Positions 62,516 through 64,000 of a stretch of 64,000 nt of DNA are shown piece after piece. Origin of the DNA: Candidatus Magasanikiibacteriota bacterium (lineage in GTDB: Bacteria > Patescibacteriota > Patescibacteriia > Magasanikbacterales > UBA922); assembly GCA_049287025.1 (NCBI GenBank), contig JBAQFA010000005.1:1671-65670 (forward strand). The letters run 5' to 3'. Below the pieces are notes generated by a model. That model had not been told where the DNA came from, did not search any database, and worked only from the letters and a program-made list of their open reading frames with translations. How positions within the stretch are numbered: the stretch's first letter is position 1; each line of letters starts with the position of its first letter. A program made the position numbers and the translations under genes.

Positions 62516-64000
62516 ATGCTTGTTGTGGAAAATAAATTGGTGTCAAGAAAGCTAAAATCTAGACAAATTTTTGTTATAGGTTTATCTTTGTTTTTTGCAA
62601 TTTTTATTTTGTCAAAAACCATGGCAGCGACAGCGCCAACGATTTTGAATTATCAGGGTAAAATAACTGAGAATGGCGTGACTGTGACTACTAGCTTGCC
62701 AATGGCATTTATTTTGTATAGTAGTAGTACTGATGGTAATATCTTGTATACATCTGCTGGGACAATTTCAAATACTAGTACAATAAATGTTACTTCTACT
62801 TATGGGGTGTTTAGTGTGAATATTGGTGGAGCGGGAACTAATAGTTTGGATCCGAGTATTTTTCAAAATTATAGCAATGTTTATTTGGAAGTGTGGGTAA
62901 ATGGCGAACGGATGGTGCCAAGGAGACAATTGATGGCTACTCCATATTCATTCAATTCCAAATATTTAGATGGAGTTGCTCCAAGTACCAATACCAACAC
63001 TACTTATATCCCAGTATCTGATGCTAATGGTAATTTTAATTTTAATCATGTCACTTCTACCAAGCTTAATGTAGCTGGCACTTCTACTCTTGCTACCACT
63101 ACAATTACCAATTTATTATCTGCTACTGGCCTCGTCTCCATGTGGACTAATGATGCTGGATATATTAACACTTCCACTGGTTTAACAGTAAACAATTTTG
63201 CTTCACCAAATATTTCCCAATGGACTAATAATTCTGGATATATCACCGCTTCTGGTGCTCGTTCAGTTTTGTCTTCTAGTGCAACAGGATTGACTTATGG
63301 TAGTATCACTGGAGATTTTTCTCTTACTCCTGGGTACACTATTCCTACCACTGTCTCTGCTTCAAACTGGAACACGGCCTTTGGTTGGGGTGATCATGCT
63401 ACCGAGGGTTATCTCACCGCTGACAGTGCTGATACCCTAACCAACAAAGGTGGTAATATCTCCATGTGGACTAATGATAGAGGATATATTACATCAGCCG
63501 AAGTCTTAGGTGATTATCTAAGTCTAAACAATTGGTACTCTACCACCACCTTACCAGCCAATATTATCAACTCTAGTCTAACTTCACTTGGTACAGTTAA
63601 CACTGGTGTCTGGCATGGTACAACTATTGGTACAGCCTATGGTGGCACTGGTATTACCGGTACACCAGACAATGGTCAATTGTTAATTGGTGATGGTAGT
63701 GGTTATGTTTTGGCCAATCTAGCTGGGGTTGGTGGTATTGATATTAATAATGGCTTAGGTTCAATTGATTTAGGTTTTAATTTTGATCGTCTAACAGAAA
63801 TTCCTAGTGCAGCAGGTGATGATTACTTTTTAATCTATGATGAAACTGATGGTACTAACAGAAAAATTTCTAAAGATAGTTTGTTTAATGGTGTTTTAGG
63901 TTCACTAAGTTATCAAGGAGCTTGGGATGCTGACGCTAATGATCCAGCTATTGTTAGTAGTGTTGGTACAGTTGGATATTATTACGTGGTTAGTGTTTCT
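62516..64000 (+). CDS. Secreted repeat protein, phage tail-fibre-like (3' end truncated by the window edge)
   Basis: ATG at 62516, with a signal/TM segment IFVIGLSLFFAIFILS. Open in frame to the window end (checked codon by codon). Repeats SMWTNDAGYI / SQWTNNSGYI / SMWTNDRGYI, a Gly-rich segment, and GDDYFLIYDETDGTNRKISKDSL. Not listed in the ORF track because there is no stop in the window. Confidence 0.6.
   Translation, partial: MLVVENKLVSRKLKSRQIFVIGLSLFFAIFILSKTMAATAPTILNYQGKITENGVTVTTSLPMAFILYSSSTDGNILYTSAGTISNTSTINVTSTYGVFSVNIGGAGTNSLDPSIFQNYSNVYLEVWVNGERMVPRRQLMATPYSFNSKYLDGVAPSTNTNTTYIPVSDANGNFNFNHVTSTKLNVAGTSTLATTTITNLLSATGLVSMWTNDAGYINTSTGLTVNNFASPNISQWTNNSGYITASGARSVLSSSATGLTYGSITGDFSLTPGYTIPTTVSASNWNTAFGWGDHATEGYLTADSADTLTNKGGNISMWTNDRGYITSAEVLGDYLSLNNWYSTTTLPANIINSSLTSLGTVNTGVWHGTTIGTAYGGTGITGTPDNGQLLIGDGSGYVLANLAGVGGIDINNGLGSIDLGFNFDRLTEIPSAAGDDYFLIYDETDGTNRKISKDSLFNGVLGSLSYQGAWDADANDPAIVSSVGTVGYYYVVSVS

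Noticed and set aside
1-64000. Searched by eye for tRNA, rRNA and CRISPR features in all intergenic gaps (5032-5130, 5455-5586, 6523-6737, 13031-13130, 18720-18971, 37462-37607, 62404-62515 and others).
   Set aside because: I found no cloverleaf-compatible 70-90-nt segment with a GTTCRANYC T-loop, no rRNA-like conserved blocks and no repeat-spacer array. A hairpin at 5540-5560 (GCCAG-attgt-CTGGC) has a 5-nt loop and no acceptor or T-arm. Absence cannot be proven without tRNAscan or Infernal.

Overview
This is an AT-rich (~33-36% GC) bacterial window with about 60 genes, mostly short and tightly packed, sometimes overlapping. The gene content looks like a Candidate Phyla Radiation / Patescibacteria-type small genome: split ComEC, archaeal-type UMP kinase, an Elp3 homolog, a MurB paralog, large repeat-rich surface proteins and many ORFans. 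That taxonomic reading is inference from gene content only.

Recognisable genes include a P-type ATPase (partial), infB, trxA, gdhA, leuS, comEC in two pieces, pyrH-like, cls, rarA, two murB-like genes, queH, maf, tsaE, glyA, mraY, corA, hpf, Mur ligases, several NUDIX hydrolases and SAM methyltransferases. I saw no rRNA, tRNA or CRISPR array by eye.

The most unusual observations are:
- leuS carries a ~430-aa insertion made of two tandem YdeN/RBBP9-type alpha/beta serine-hydrolase domains, placed inside its CxxC...CxxC zinc-knuckle loop.
- A family of GC-rich palindromic miniature elements (termini GAGGAATCC..GGGATCC, outer ATCCCGAG/CTCGGGAT) is inserted in-frame into at least five different CDS and once intergenically. 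Its termini resemble the terminal inverted repeats of a nearby mobile-looking GIY-YIG nuclease cassette that sits directly upstream of tsaE.
- Two ~260-bp GC-rich islands (8.1-8.4 kb and 28.07-28.33 kb) lie in otherwise AT-rich intergenic DNA. Each could encode a small protein or a structured RNA.
- Several other dispersed repeat families are present (AATCTGCTGTT/AACAGCAGATT promoter-bearing palindromes, AGGCNTTT arrays next to gene starts, and TTAGGTT-type tandem repeats inside genes).
- An operon of an ATP-grasp-NUDIX fusion protein plus an NlpC/P60-like protein is peppered with the same palindromic insertions.
- An arginyltransferase (ATE/Bpt)-like gene is clustered with two paralogous unknown genes flanking a flavin reductase.
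- There are large ORFans at 31850-33991 and 50995-53250.

No tools were run. Every call rests on motifs and structure read directly from the sequence.
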